Assembly (NCBI GenBank): GCA_964016885.1 | Contig: OZ024740.1 | Coordinates: 15,810,001-15,874,000 of the forward strand | DNA length: 64,000 bases | Direction of reading: 5' to 3' | DNA from: Eledone cirrhosa | Lineage: Eukaryota | In this document: piece after piece, positions 1-15,000 of the stretch | Layout: every line of letters starts with the position of its first letter | How positions within the stretch are numbered: position 1 is the stretch's first letter | The notes under the pieces: generated by a model | Database searches by the model: none | What the model was told of the DNA's origin: nothing | Seen by the model: the letters and a program-made list of their open reading frames with translations, nothing else | Position numbers and translations under genes: made by a program

Positions 1-3000
1 TTAATGTATGATACAGGTGTTACATGTTGTCTCTAGTAATAATGTTTAATGTATGATACAGGTGCTACATGTGGTCTCTAGTAATACTGTTTAATATATG
101 ATACAGGTGTTACATGTGGTCTCTAGTAATAATGTTTAATGTATGATACAGGTGTTACATGTGGTCCCTAGTAATAATGTTTAATGTATGATAGAGGTGC
201 TACATGTGGTCTCTAGTAATACTGTTTAATATATGATACAGGTGTTACATGTGGTCTCTACTAATAATGTTTAATATATGATTTAGATGCAGCATGTGGT
301 CTCTAGTCATAATGTTTAATATATGATGCAGGTGTTACATGTGGTCTCTAGTAATAATGTTTAATATATGATACAGGTGCAGCATGTGGTCTCTAGTAAT
401 AATGTTTAATATATGATAAAGGTGTTACATGTGGTCTCTAGTAATAATGTTTAATATATGATACAGGTGTTACATGTAGTCTCGAGTAATAAAGTTTAAT
501 GTATGATACAGGTGTTACATGTGGTCTCTAATAATAATGTTTAATATATGATACAGGTGCAGCATGTGGTCTCTAGTAATAATGTTTAATATATGATACA
601 GGTGTTACATGTGGTCTCAAGTAATAATGTTTAATATATGATACAGGTGCAGCATGTGGTCTCTAGTAATAATGTTTAATATATGATACAGGTGCAGCAT
701 CTGGTCTCTAGTAATAACATTTAATATTTGATACAGGTGTTACATGTGGTCTCTAGTAATAATGTGTAATATATGATACAGGTGTTACATGTGGTCTCTA
801 GTAATAAATTTAATGTATGATACAGGTGTTACATGTGGTCTCTAGTAATAATGTTTAATATATGATACAGGTGCAGCATGTGGTCTCTAGTAATAATGTT
901 TAATATATGATACAGGTGTTACATGTGGTCTCTTGTAATAATGTTTAATATATGATACAGGTGCTACATGTGGTATCTAGTAATAATGTTTAATACATGA
1001 TACAGGTGCTACATGTGGTCTCTAGTAATAATGTTTAATATATGATACAGGTGCAGCATGTGGTCCCTAGTAATAATGTTTAATATATGATACAGGTGTT
1101 ACATGTGGTCTCTAGTAATAATGTTTAATATATGATACAGGTGTTACATGTGGTCTCTAGTAATAATGTTTAATATATGATACAGGTGTTACATGTGGTC
1201 TCTAGTAATAATGTTTAATATATGATACAGGTGCAGCATGTGGTCCCTAGTAATAATGTTTAATATATGATACAGGTGTTACATGTGGTCTCTAGTAATA
1301 ATGTTTAATATATGATACAGCTGTTACATGTGGTCTCTAGTAATAATGTTTAATATATGATACAGGTGCTACATGTGGTTTCTAGTAATAATGTTTAATG
1401 TATGATACAGGTGTTACATGTGGTCGCTAGTAATAATGTTTAATGAATGATACAGGTGTTACATGCGGTCTCTAGTAATAATGTGTAATATTTACTTAAG
1501 TTATGCTACATGTTGTCCCTAGTAATAATGTTTAATATCTGATACAGGTGCAGCATGTGGTTTCTAGTCATAATGTTTAATATATGATACAGGTGTTACA
1601 TGTGGTCTCTAGTAATAATGTTTAATATATGATACAGGTGCAGCATGTGGTCTCTAGTAATAATGTTTAATATATGATACAGGTGCAGCATGTGGTCTCT
1701 AGTAATAATGTTTAATATTTGATACAGGTGCTACATGTGGTCTCTAGTAATAATGTTTAATGTATGATACAGGTGTTACATGTGGTCTCTAGTAATAATG
1801 TTTAATATATGATATAGGTGCTACATGTGGTCCCTAGTAATAATGTGTAATATTTACTTAAGTTATGCTACATGTTGTCCCTAGTAATAATGTTTAATAT
1901 ATGATACAGGTGCAGCATGTGGTCTCTAGTCATAATGTTTAATATATGATACAGGTGTTACATGTGGTCTCTAGTAATAATGTTTAATATATGATACAGG
2001 TGTTACATGTGGTCTCTAGTAATAATGTTTAATATATGATACAGGTGCTACATGTGGTCTTTAGTAATAATGTTTAATGTATGATACAGGTGCAGCATGT
2101 GGTCTCTAGTAATAATGTTTAATATATGATACAGGTGCAGCATGTGGTCTCTAGTAATAATGTTCAATACATGATACAGGTGTTACAAGTGGTCCCTGGT
2201 AATAATGTTTAATGTATGATACAGGTGTTACATGTTGTCTCTAGTAATAATGTTTAATATATGATACAGGTGTTACATGTTGTCTCTAGTAATAATGTTT
2301 AATGTATGATACAGGTGCTACATGTGGTCTCTAGTAATACTGTTTAATATATGATACAGGTGTTACATGTGGTCTCTAGTAATAATGTTTAATGTATGAT
2401 ACAGGTGTTACATGTGGTCCCTAGTAATAATGTTTAATGTATGATACAGGTGCTACATGTGGTCTCTAGTAATACTGTTTAATATATGATACAGGTGTTA
2501 CATGTGGTCTCTACTAATAATGTTTAATATATGATACAGGTGCAGCATGTGGTCTCTAGTCATAATGTTTAATATATGATACAGGTGTTACATGTGTTCT
2601 ATAGTAATAATGTTTAATATATGATACAGGTGCAGCATGTGGTCTCTAGTAATAATGTTTAATATATGATACAGGTGTTACATGTGGTCTCTAGTCATAA
2701 TGTTTAATATATGATACAGGTTTTACATGTGGTCTCTAGTAATAATGTTTAATATATGATACAGGTGCAGCATGTGGTCTCTAGTAATAATGTTTAATAT
2801 ATGATACAGGTGTTACATGTGGTCTCAAGTAATAATGTTTAATATATGATACAGGTGCAGCATGTGGTCTCTAGTAATAATGTTTAATATATGATACCGG
2901 TGCAGCATCTGGTCTCTAGTAATAATGTTTAATATATGATACAGGTGTTACATGTGGTCTCTAGTAATAATGTTTAATATATGATACAGGTGCTACATGT

Positions 3001-6000
3001 GGTCACTAGTAATAAAGTTTAATGTATGATACAGGTGTTACATATGGTCTCTAGTAATAATGTTTAATATATGATACAGGTGCAGCATGTGGTCCCTAGT
3101 AATAATGTTTAATATATGATACAGGTGTTACATGTGGTCTCTAGTAATAATGTTTAATATATGATACAGGTGTTACATGTGGTCTCTAGTAATAATGTTT
3201 AATATATGATACAGGTGCTACATGTGGTCTCTAGTAATAATGTTTAATGTATGATACAGGTGTTACAGGTGGTCTCTAGTAATAATGTTTAATATATGAT
3301 ACAGGTGTTACATGTGGTCTCTAGTAATAATGTTTAATATATGATACAGGTGTTACATGTGGTCTCTAGTAATAATGTTTAATATATGATACAGGTGCAG
3401 CATATGCTCTCTAGTAATAATGTTTAATGCATGATACAGGTGTTACATGTGGTCTCTAGTAATAATGTTTAATATATGATACAGGTGCAGCATATGCTCT
3501 CTAGTAATAATGTTTAATATATGATACAGGTGCAGCATGTGGTCCCTAGTAATAATGTTTAATATATGATACAGGTGTTACATGTGGTCCCTAGTAATAA
3601 TGTGTAATATTTACTTAAGTTATGCTACATGTTGTCCCTAGTAATAATGTTTAATATATGATACAGGTGCAGCATGTGGTCTCTAGTCATAATGTTTAAT
3701 ATATGATACAGGTGTTACATGTGGTCTCTAGTAATAATGTTTAATATATGATACAGGTGTTACATGTGGTCTCAAGTAATAATGTTTAATATATGATACA
3801 GGTGCAGCATGTGGTCTCTAGTAATAATGTTTAATATATGATACAGGTGCAGCATGTGGTCTCTAGTAATAATGTTTAATATATGATACAGGTGTTACAT
3901 GCGGTCTCTAGTAATAATTTTTAATATATGATACAGGTGTTACATGTGGTCTCTAGTAATAATGTTTAATGTATGATACAGGTGTTACATGTTGTCTCTA
4001 GTAATAATGTTTAATATATGATACAGGTGCAGCATGTGGTCTCTAGTAATAATGTTTAATATATGATACAGGTGCAGCATGCGGTCTCTAGTAATAATGT
4101 TTAATGTATGATACAGGTGTTACATGTTGTCTCTTGTAATAATGTTTAATATATGATACAGGTGTTACATGTGGTCTCTAGTAATAATGTTTAATATATG
4201 ATACAGGTGCTACATGTGGTATCTAGTGATAATGTTTAATATATGATACAGGTGCTACATGTGGTCTCTAGTAATAATGTTTAATATATGATACAGGTGT
4301 TACATGTGGTCTCTAGTAATAATGTTTAATGTATGATACAGGTGCTACATGTGGTCTCTAGTAATAATGTTTAATATATGATACAGGTGCAGCATGTGGT
4401 CTCTAGTAATAATGTTTAATATATGATACAGGTGTTACATGTGGTATCTAGTAATAATGTTTAATATATGATACAGGTGCAGCATGTGGTCTCTAGTAAT
4501 AATGTTTAATATATGATACAGGTGCTACATGTGGTCTCTAGTAATAATGTTTAATATATGATACAGGTGCTACATGTGGTCTCTAGTAATAATGTTTAAT
4601 ATATGATACTGGTGCTACATGTGGTCTCTAGTAATAATGTTTAATGTATGATACAGGTGTTACATGCGGTCTCTAGTAATAATGTTTAATATAAGATACA
4701 GGTGCTACATGTGGACCCTAGTATTAATGTGTAATATTTACTTAAGTTATGCTACATGTTGTCCCTAGTAATGATGTTTAATGTATGATACATGTGCTAC
4801 ATGTTGTCTCTAGTAATAATGTTTAATATATGATACAGGTGCAGCATGTGGTCTCTAGTAATAATGTTTAATATATGATACAGGTGCTACATGTGGTCTC
4901 TAGTAATAATGTTTAATATATGATACAGGTGCTACATGTGGTCTCTAATAATAATGTTTATTGTATGATACAGGTGTTACATATGGTCTCTAGTAATAAT
5001 GTTTAATGTATGATACAGGTGTTACATGTGGTCTCTAGTAATAATGTTTAATATATGATACTGGTGCTACATGTGGTCTCTAGTAATAATGTTTAATATA
5101 TGATACAGGTGTTACATGTGGTCTCTAGTAATAATGTTTAATATATGATACAGGTGCTACATGTGGTCTTTAGTAATAATGTTTAATGTATGACACAGGT
5201 GCAGCATGCGGTCTCTAGTAATAATGTTTAATATATGATACAGGTGCAGCATGTGGTCTCTAGTAATAATGTTTAATATATGATACAGGTGTTACAAGTG
5301 GTCCCTGGTAATAATGTTTAATGTATGATACAGGTGTTACATGTTGTCTCTAGTAATAACGTTTAATGTATGATACAGGTGCTACATGTGGTCTCTAGTA
5401 ATACTGTTTAATATATGATACAGGTGTTACATGTGGTCTCTAGTAATAATGTTTAATGTATGATACAGGTGTTACATGTGGTCCCTAGTAATAATGTTTA
5501 ATGTATGATAGAGGTGCTACATGTGGTCTCTAGTAATACTGTTTAATATATGATACAGGTGTTACATGTGGTCTCTACTAATAATGTTTAATATATGATT
5601 TAGATGCAGCATGTGGTCTCTAGTAATAATGTTTAATATATGATACAGGTGCTACATGTGGTCTCTTGTAATAATGTTTAATATATGATACAGGTGCAGC
5701 ATGTGGTCCCTAGCAATAATGTTTAATATATGATACAGGTGTTACATGTGGTCTCTAGTAATAATGTTTAATATATGATACAGGTGTTACATGTGGTCTC
5801 TAGTAATAATGTTTAATATATGATACAGGTGCTACATGTGGTCTCTAGTAATAATGTTTAATGTATGATACAGGTGTTACAGGTGGACTCTAGTAATAAT
5901 GTTTAATATATGATACAGGTGTTACATGTGGTCTCTAGTAATAATGTTTAATATATGATACAGGTGTTACATGTGGTCTCTAGTAATAATGTTTAATATA

Positions 6001-9000
6001 TGATACAGGTGCAGCATATGCTCTCTAGTAATAATGTTTAATGCATGATACAGGTGTTACATGTGGTCTCTAGTAATAATGTTTAATATATGATACAGGT
6101 GCAGCATATGCTCTCTAGTAATAATGTTTAATATATGATACAGGTGCAGCATGTGGTCCCTAGTAATAATGTTTAATATATGATACAGGTGTTACATGTG
6201 GTCGCTAGTAATAATGTTTAATGTATGATACAGGTGTTACATGCGGTCTCTAGTAATAATGTGTAATATTTACTTAAGTTATGCTACATGTTGTCCCTAG
6301 TAATAATGTTTAATATATGATACAGGTACAGCATGTGGTCTCTAGTCATAATGTTTAATATATGATACAGGTGTTACATGTGGTCTCTAGTAATAATGTT
6401 TAATATATGATACAGGTGCAGCATGTGGTCTCTAGTAATAATGTTTAATATATGATACAGGTGCTACATGTGGTCTCTAGTAATAATGTTTAATGTATGA
6501 TACAGGTGTTACATGTGGTCTCTAGTAATAATGTTTAATATATGATACAGGTGCTACATGTGATCCCTAGTAATAATGTGTAATATTTACTTAAGTTATG
6601 CTACATGTTGTCCCTAGTAATAATGTTTAATATATGATACAGGTGCAGCATGTGGTCTCTAGTCATAATGTTTAATATATGATACAGGTGTTACATGTGG
6701 TCTCTAGTAATAATGTTTAATATATGATACAGGTGCAGCATGTGGTCTCTAGTAATAATGTTTAATATATGATACAGGTGCAGCATGTGGTCTCTAGTAA
6801 TAATGTTTAATATATGATACAGGTGCAGCATTTGGTCTCTAGTAATAATGTTTAATATATGATACAGGTGTTACATGCGGTCTCTAGTAATAATGTTTAA
6901 TATATGATAGAGGTGTTACATGTGGTCTCTAGTAATAATGTTTAATGTATGATACAGGTGTTACATGTTGTCTCTAGTAATAATGTTTAATATATGATAC
7001 AGGTGCAGCATGTGGTCTCTAGTAATAATGTTTAATATATGATACAGGTGCAGCATGTGGTCTCTAGTAATAATGTTTAATGTATGATACAGGTGTTACA
7101 TGTTGTCTCTTGTAATAATGTTTAATATATGATACAGGTGCTACATGTGGTCTCTAGTAATAATGTTTAATATATGATACAGGTGCTACATGTGGTCTCT
7201 TGTAATAATGTTTAATATATGATACTGGTGCTACATGTGGTCTCTAGTAATAATGTTTAATATATGATACAGGTGCTACATGTGGTCTCTAGTAATAATG
7301 TTTAATATATGATACAGGTGTTACATATGGTCTCTAGTAATAATGTTTAATGTATGATACAGGTGCTACATGTGCTCTCTAGTAATAATGTTTAATATAT
7401 GATACAGGTGCAGCATGTGGTCTCTAGTAATAATGTTTAATATATGATACAGGTGTTACATGTGGTATCTAGTAATAATGTTTAATATATGATACAAGTG
7501 CAGCATGTGGTCTCTAGTAATAATGTTAAATATACGATACAGGTGCTACATGTGGTCTCTAGTAATAATGTTAAATATATGATACAGGTGCTACATGTGG
7601 TCTCTAGTAATAATGTTTAATATATGATACAGGTGCAGCATTTGGTCTCTAGTAATAATGTTTAATATATGATACAGGTGTTACATGCGGTCTCTAGTAA
7701 TAATGTTTAATATATGATACAGGTGTTACATGTGGTCTCTAGTAATAATGTTTAATGTATGATACAGGTGTTACATGTTGTCTCTAGTAATAATGTTTAA
7801 TATATGATACATGTGCAGCATGTGGTCTCTAGTAATAATGTTTAATATATGATACAGGTGCAGCATGTGGTCTCTAGTAATAATGTTTAATGTATGATAC
7901 AGGTGTTACATGTTGTCTCTTGTAATAATGTTTAATATATGATACAGGTGCTACATGTGGTCTCTAGTAATAATGTTTAATATATGATACAGGTGCTACA
8001 TGTGGTTTCTAGTAACAATGTTTAATATATGATACAGGTGCTACATGTGGTCTCTAGTAATAATGTTTAATATATGATACAGGTGCTACATGTGGTCTCT
8101 AGTAATAATGTTTAATATATGATACAGGTGTTACATGTGGTCTCTAGTAATAATGTTTAATGTATGATACAAGTGCTACATGTGGTCTCTAATAATAATG
8201 TTTAATATATGATACAGGTGCAGCATGTGGTCTCTAGTAATAATGTTTAATATATGATACAGGTGTTACATGTGGTATCTAGTAATAATGTTTAATATAT
8301 GATACAAGTGCAGCATGTGGTCTCTAGTAATAATGTTAAATATATGATACAGGTGCTACATGTGGTTTCTAGTAACAATGTTTAATATATGATACAGGTG
8401 CTACATGTGGTCTCTTGTAATAATGTTTAATATATGATACTGGTGCTACATGTGGTCTCTAGTAATAATGTTTAATGTATGATACAGGTGTTACATGCGG
8501 TCTCTAGTAATAATGTTTAATATAAGATACAGGTGCTACATGTGGTCCCTAGTATTAATGTGTAATATTTACTTAAGTTATGCTACATGTTGTCCCTAGT
8601 AATGATGTTTAATGTATGATACATGTGCTACATGTTGTCTCTAGTAATAATGTTTAATATATGATACAGGTGCAGCATGTGGTCTCTAGTAATAATGTTT
8701 AATATATGATACAGGTGCTACATGTGGTCTCTAGTAATAATGTTTAATGTATGATACAGGTGTTACATGTGGTCTCTAGTAATAATGTTTAATATATGAT
8801 ACTGGTGCTACATGTGGTCTCTAGTAATAATGTTTAATATATGATACAGGTGTTACATGTGGTCTCTAGTAATAATGTTTAATATATGATACAGGTGCTA
8901 CATGTGGTCTTTAGTAATAATGTTTAATGTATGATACAGGTGCAGCATGTGGTCTCTAGTAATAATGTTTAATATATGATACAGGTGCAGCATGTGGTCT

Positions 9001-12000
9001 CTAGTAATAATGTTTAATATATGATACAGGTGTTACATGTGGTATCTAGTAATAATGTTTAATATATGATACAAGTGCAGCATGTGGTCTCTAGTAATAA
9101 TGTTAAATATATGATACAGGTGCTACATGTGGTCTCTAGTAATAATGTTAAATATATTATACAGGTGCTACATGTGGTCTCTAGTAATAATGTTTAATAT
9201 ATGATACAGGTGCAGCATTTGGTCTCTAGTAATAATGTTTAATATATGATACAGGTGTTACATGCGGTCTCTAGTAATAATGTTTAATATATGATACAGG
9301 TGTTACATGTGGTCTCTAGTAATAATGTTTAATGTATGATACAGGTGTTACATGTTGTCTCTAGTAATAATGTTTAATATATGATACAGGTGCAGCATGT
9401 GGTCTCTAGTAATAATGTTTAATATATGATACAGGTGCAGCATGTGGTCTCTAGTAATAATGTTTAATGTATGATACAGGTGTTACATGTTGTCTCTTGT
9501 AATAATGTTTAATATATGATACAGGTGCTACATGTGGTCTCTAGTAATAATGTTTAATATATGATACAGGTGCTACATGTGGTTTCTAGTAACAATGTTT
9601 AATATATGATACAGGTGCTACATGTGGTCTCTAGTAATAATGTTTAATATATGATACAGGTGCTACATGTGGTCTCTAGTAATAATGTTTAATATATGAT
9701 ACAGGTGTTACATGTGGTCTCTAGTAATAATGTTTAATGTATGATACAAGTGCTACATGTGGTCTCTAGTAATAATGTTTAATATATGATACAGGTGCAG
9801 CATGTGGTCTCTAGTAATAATGTTTAATATATGATACAGGTGTTACATGTGGTATCTAGTAATAATGTTTAATATATGATACAAGTGCAGCATGTGGTCT
9901 CTAGTAATAATGTTAAATATATGATACAGGTGCTACATGTGGTTTCTAGTAACAATGTTTAATATATGATACAGGTGCTACATATGGTCTCTTGTAATAA
10001 TGTTTAATATATGATACTGGTGCTACATGTGGTCTCTAGTAATAATGTTTAATGTATGATACAGGTGTTACATGCGGTCTCTAGTAATAATGTTTAATAT
10101 AAGATACAGGTGCTACATGTGGTCCCTAGTATTAATGTGTCATATTTACTTAAGTTATGCTACATGTTGTCCCTAGTAATGATGTTTAATGTATGATACA
10201 TGTGCTACATGTTGTCTCTAGTAATAATGTTTAATATATGATACAGGTGCAGCATGTGGTCTCTAGTAATAATGTTTAATATATGATACAGGTGCTACAT
10301 GTGGTCTCTAGTAATAATGTTTAATGTATGATACAGGTGTTACATGTGGTCTCTAGTAATAATGTTTAATATATGATACTGGTGCTACATGTGGTCTCTA
10401 GTAATAATGTTTAATATATGATACAGGTGTTACATGTGGTCTCTAGTAATAATGTTTAATATATGATACAGGTGCTACATGTGGTCTTTAGTAATAATGT
10501 TTAATGTATGATACAGGTGCAGCATGTGGTCTCTAGTAATAATGTTTAATATATGATACAGGTGCAGCATGTGGTCTCTAGTAATAATGTTTAATATATG
10601 ATACAGGTGTTACAAGTGGTCCCTGGTAATAATGTTTAATATATGATACAGGTGTTACATGTTGTCTCTAGTAATAATGTTTAATGTATGATACAGGTGC
10701 TACATGTGGTCTCTAGTAATACTGTTTAATATATGATACAGGTGTTACATGTGGTCTCTAGTAATAATGTTTAATGTATGATACAGGTGTTACATGTGGT
10801 CCTTAGTAATAATGTTTAATGTATGATAGAGGTGCTACATGTGGTCTCTAGTAATACTGTTTAATATATGATACAGGTGTTACATGTGGTCTCTACTAAT
10901 AATGTTTAATATATGATTTAGATGCAGCATGTGGTCTCTAGTCATAATGTTTAATATATGATACAGGTGCAGCATGTGGTCTCTAGTAATAATGTTTAAT
11001 ATATGATACAGGTGTTACATGTGGTCTCTAGTAATAATGTTTAATATATGATACAGGTGTTACATGTAGTCTCGAGTAATAAAGTTTAATGTATGATACA
11101 GGTGTTACATGTGGTCTCTAGTAATAATGTTTAATATATGATACAGGTGCAGCATGTGGTCTCTAGTAATAATGTTTAATATATGATACAGGTGTTACAT
11201 GTGGTCTCAAGTAATAATGTTTAATATATGATACAGGTGCAGCATGTGGTCTCTAGTAATAATGTTTAGTATATGATACAGGTGCAGCATCTGGTCTCTA
11301 GTAATAATATTTAATATATGATACAGGTGTTACATGTGGTCTCTAGTAATAATGTTTAATATATGATACAGGTGTTACATGTGGTCTCTAGTAATAAATT
11401 TAATGTATGATACAGGTGTTACATGTGGTCTCTAGTAATAATGTTTAATATATGATACAGGTGCAGCATGTGGTCTCTAGTAATAATGTTTAATATATGA
11501 TACAGGTGTTACATGTGGTCTCTTGTAATAATGTTTAATATATGATACAGGTGCTACATGTGGTATCTAGTAATAATGTTTAATACATGATACAGATGCT
11601 ACATGTGGTCTCTAGTAATAATGTTTAATATATGATACAGGTGCAGCATGTGGTCCCTAGTAATAATGTTTAATATATGATACAGGTGTTACATGTGGTC
11701 TCTAGTAATAATGTTTAATATATGATACAGGTGTTACATGTGGTATCTAGTAATAATGTTTAATATATGATACAGGTGTTACATGTGGTCTCTAGTAATA
11801 ATGTTTAATATATGATACAGGTGTTACATGTGGTCTCTAGTAATAATGTTTAATATATGATACAGGTGCTACATGTGGTTTCTAGTAATAATGTTTAATG
11901 TATGATACAGGTGTTACATGTGGTCGCTAGTAATAATGTTTAATGAATTATACAGGTGTTACATGCGGTCTCTAGTAATAATGTGTAATATTTACTTAAG

Positions 12001-15000
12001 TTATGCTACATGTTGTCCCTAGTAATAATGTTTAATATATGATACAGGTGCAGCATGTGGTTTCTAGTCATAATGTTTAATATATGATACAGGTGTTACA
12101 TGTGGTCTCTAGTAATAATGTTTAATATATGATACAGGTGCAGCATGTGGTCTCTAGTAATAATGTTTAATATATGATACAGGTGCAGCATGTGGTCTCT
12201 AGTAATAATGTTTAATATTTGATACAGGTGCTACATGTGGTTTCTAGTAATAATGTTTAATGTATGATACAGGTGTTACATGTGGTCGCTAGTAATAATG
12301 TTTAATGAATTATACAGGTGTTACATGCGGTCTCTAGTAATAATGTGTAATATTTACTTAAGTTATGCTACATGTTGTCCCTAGTAATAATGTTTAATAT
12401 ATGATACAGGTGCAGCATGTGGTTTCTAGTCATAATGTTTAATATATGATACAGGTGTTACATGCGGTCTCTAGTAATAATTTTTCATATATGATACAGG
12501 TGTTACATGTGGTCTCTAGTAATAATGTTTAATGTATGATACAGGTGTTACATGTTGTCTCTAGTAATAATGTTTATTATATGATACAGGTGCTACATGT
12601 GGTCTCTTGTAATAATGTTTAATATATGATACTGGTGCTACATGTGGTCTCTAGTAATAATGTTTAATATATGATACAGGTGCAGCATTTGGTCTCTAGT
12701 AATAATGTTTAATATATGATACAGGTGTTACATGCGGTCTCTAGTAATAATGTTTAATATATGATACAGGTGTTACATGTGGTCTCTAGTAATAATGTTT
12801 AATGTATGATACAGGTGTTACATGTTGTCTCTAGTAATAATGTTTAATATATGATACATGTGCAGCATGTGGTCTCTAGTAATAATGTTTAATATATGAT
12901 ACAGGTGCAGCATGTGGTCTCTAGTAATAATGTTTAATGTATGATACAGGTGTTACATGTTGTCTCTTGTAATAATGTTTAATATATGATACAGGTGCTA
13001 CATGTGGTCTCTAGTAATAATGTTTAATATATGATACAGGTGCTACATGTGGTTTCTAGTAACAATGTTTAATATATGATACAGGTGCTACATGTGGTCT
13101 CTAGTAATAATGTTTAATATATGATACAGGTGCTACATGTGGTCTCTAGTAATAATGTTTAATATATGATACAGGTGTTACATGTGGTCTCTAGTAATAA
13201 TGTTTAATGTATGATACAAGTGCTACATGTGGTCTCTAGTAATAATGTTTAATATATGATACAGGTGCAGCATGTGGTCTCTAGTAATAATGTTTAATAT
13301 ATGATACAGGTGTTACATGTGGTATCTAGTAATAATGTTTAATATATGATACAAGTGCAGCATGTGGTCTCTAGTAATAATGTTAAATATATGATACAGG
13401 TGCTACATGTGGTTTCTAGTAACAATGTTTAATATATGATACAGGTGCTACATGTGGTCTCTTGTAATAATGTTTAATATATGATACTGGTGCTACATGT
13501 GGTCTCTAGTAATAATGTTTAATGTATGATACAGGTGTTACATGCGGTCTCTAGTAATAATGTTTAATATAAGATACAGGTGCTACATGTGGTCCCTAGT
13601 ATTAATGTGTAATATTTACTTAAGTTATGCTACATGTTGTCCCTAGTAATGATGTTTAATGTATGATACATGTGCTACATGTTGTCTCTAGTAATAATGT
13701 TTAATATATGATACAGGTGCAGCATGTGGTCTCTAGTAATAATGTTTAATATATGATACAGGTGCTACATGTGGTCTCTAGTAATAATGTTTAATGTATG
13801 ATACAGGTGTTACATGTGGTCTCTAGTAATAATGTTTAATATATGATACTGGTGCTACATGTGGTCTCTAGTAATAATGTTTAATATATGATACAGGTGT
13901 TACATGTGGTCTCTAGTAATAATGTTTAATATATGATACAGGTGCTACATGTGGTCTTTAGTAATAATGTTTAATGTATGATACAGGTGCAGCATGTGGT
14001 CTCTAGTAATAATGTTTAATATATGATACAGGTGCAGCATGTGGTCTCTAGTAATAATGTTTAATATATGATACAGGTGTTACATGTGGTATCTAGTAAT
14101 AATGTTTAATATATGATACAAGTGCAGCATGTGGTCTCTAGTAATAATGTTAAATATATGATACAGGTGCTACATGTGGTCTCTAGTAATAATGTTAAAT
14201 ATATTATACAGGTGCTACATGTGGTCTCTAGTAATAATGTTTAATATATGATACAGGTGCAGCATTTGGTCTCTAGTAATAATGTTTAATATATGATACA
14301 GGTGTTACATGCGGTCTCTAGTAATAATGTTTAATATATGATACAGGTGTTACATGTGGTCTCTAGTAATAATGTTTAATGTATGATACAGGTGTTACAT
14401 GTTGTCTCTAGTAATAATGTTTAATATATGATACAGGTGCAGCATGTGGTCTCTAGTAATAATGTTTAATATATGATACAGGTGCAGCATGTGGTCTCTA
14501 GTAATAATGTTTAATGTATGATACAGGTGTTACATGTTGTCTCTTGTAATAATGTTTAATATATGATACAGGTGCTACATGTGGTCTCTAGTAATAATGT
14601 TTAATATATGATACAGGTGCTACATGTGGTTTCTAGTAACAATGTTTAATATATGATACAGGTGCTACATGTGGTCTCTAGTAATAATGTTTAATATATG
14701 ATACAGGTGCTACATGTGGTCTCTAGTAATAATGTTTAATATATGATACAGGTGTTACATGTGGTCTCTAGTAATAATGTTTAATGTATGATACAAGTGC
14801 TACATGTGGTCTCTAGTAATAATGTTTAATATATGATACAGGTGCAGCATGTGGTCTCTAGTAATAATGTTTAATATATGATACAGGTGTTACATGTGGT
14901 ATCTAGTAATAATGTTTAATATATGATACAAGTGCAGCATGTGGTCTCTAGTAATAATGTTAAATATATGATACAGGTGCTACATGTGGTTTCTAGTAAC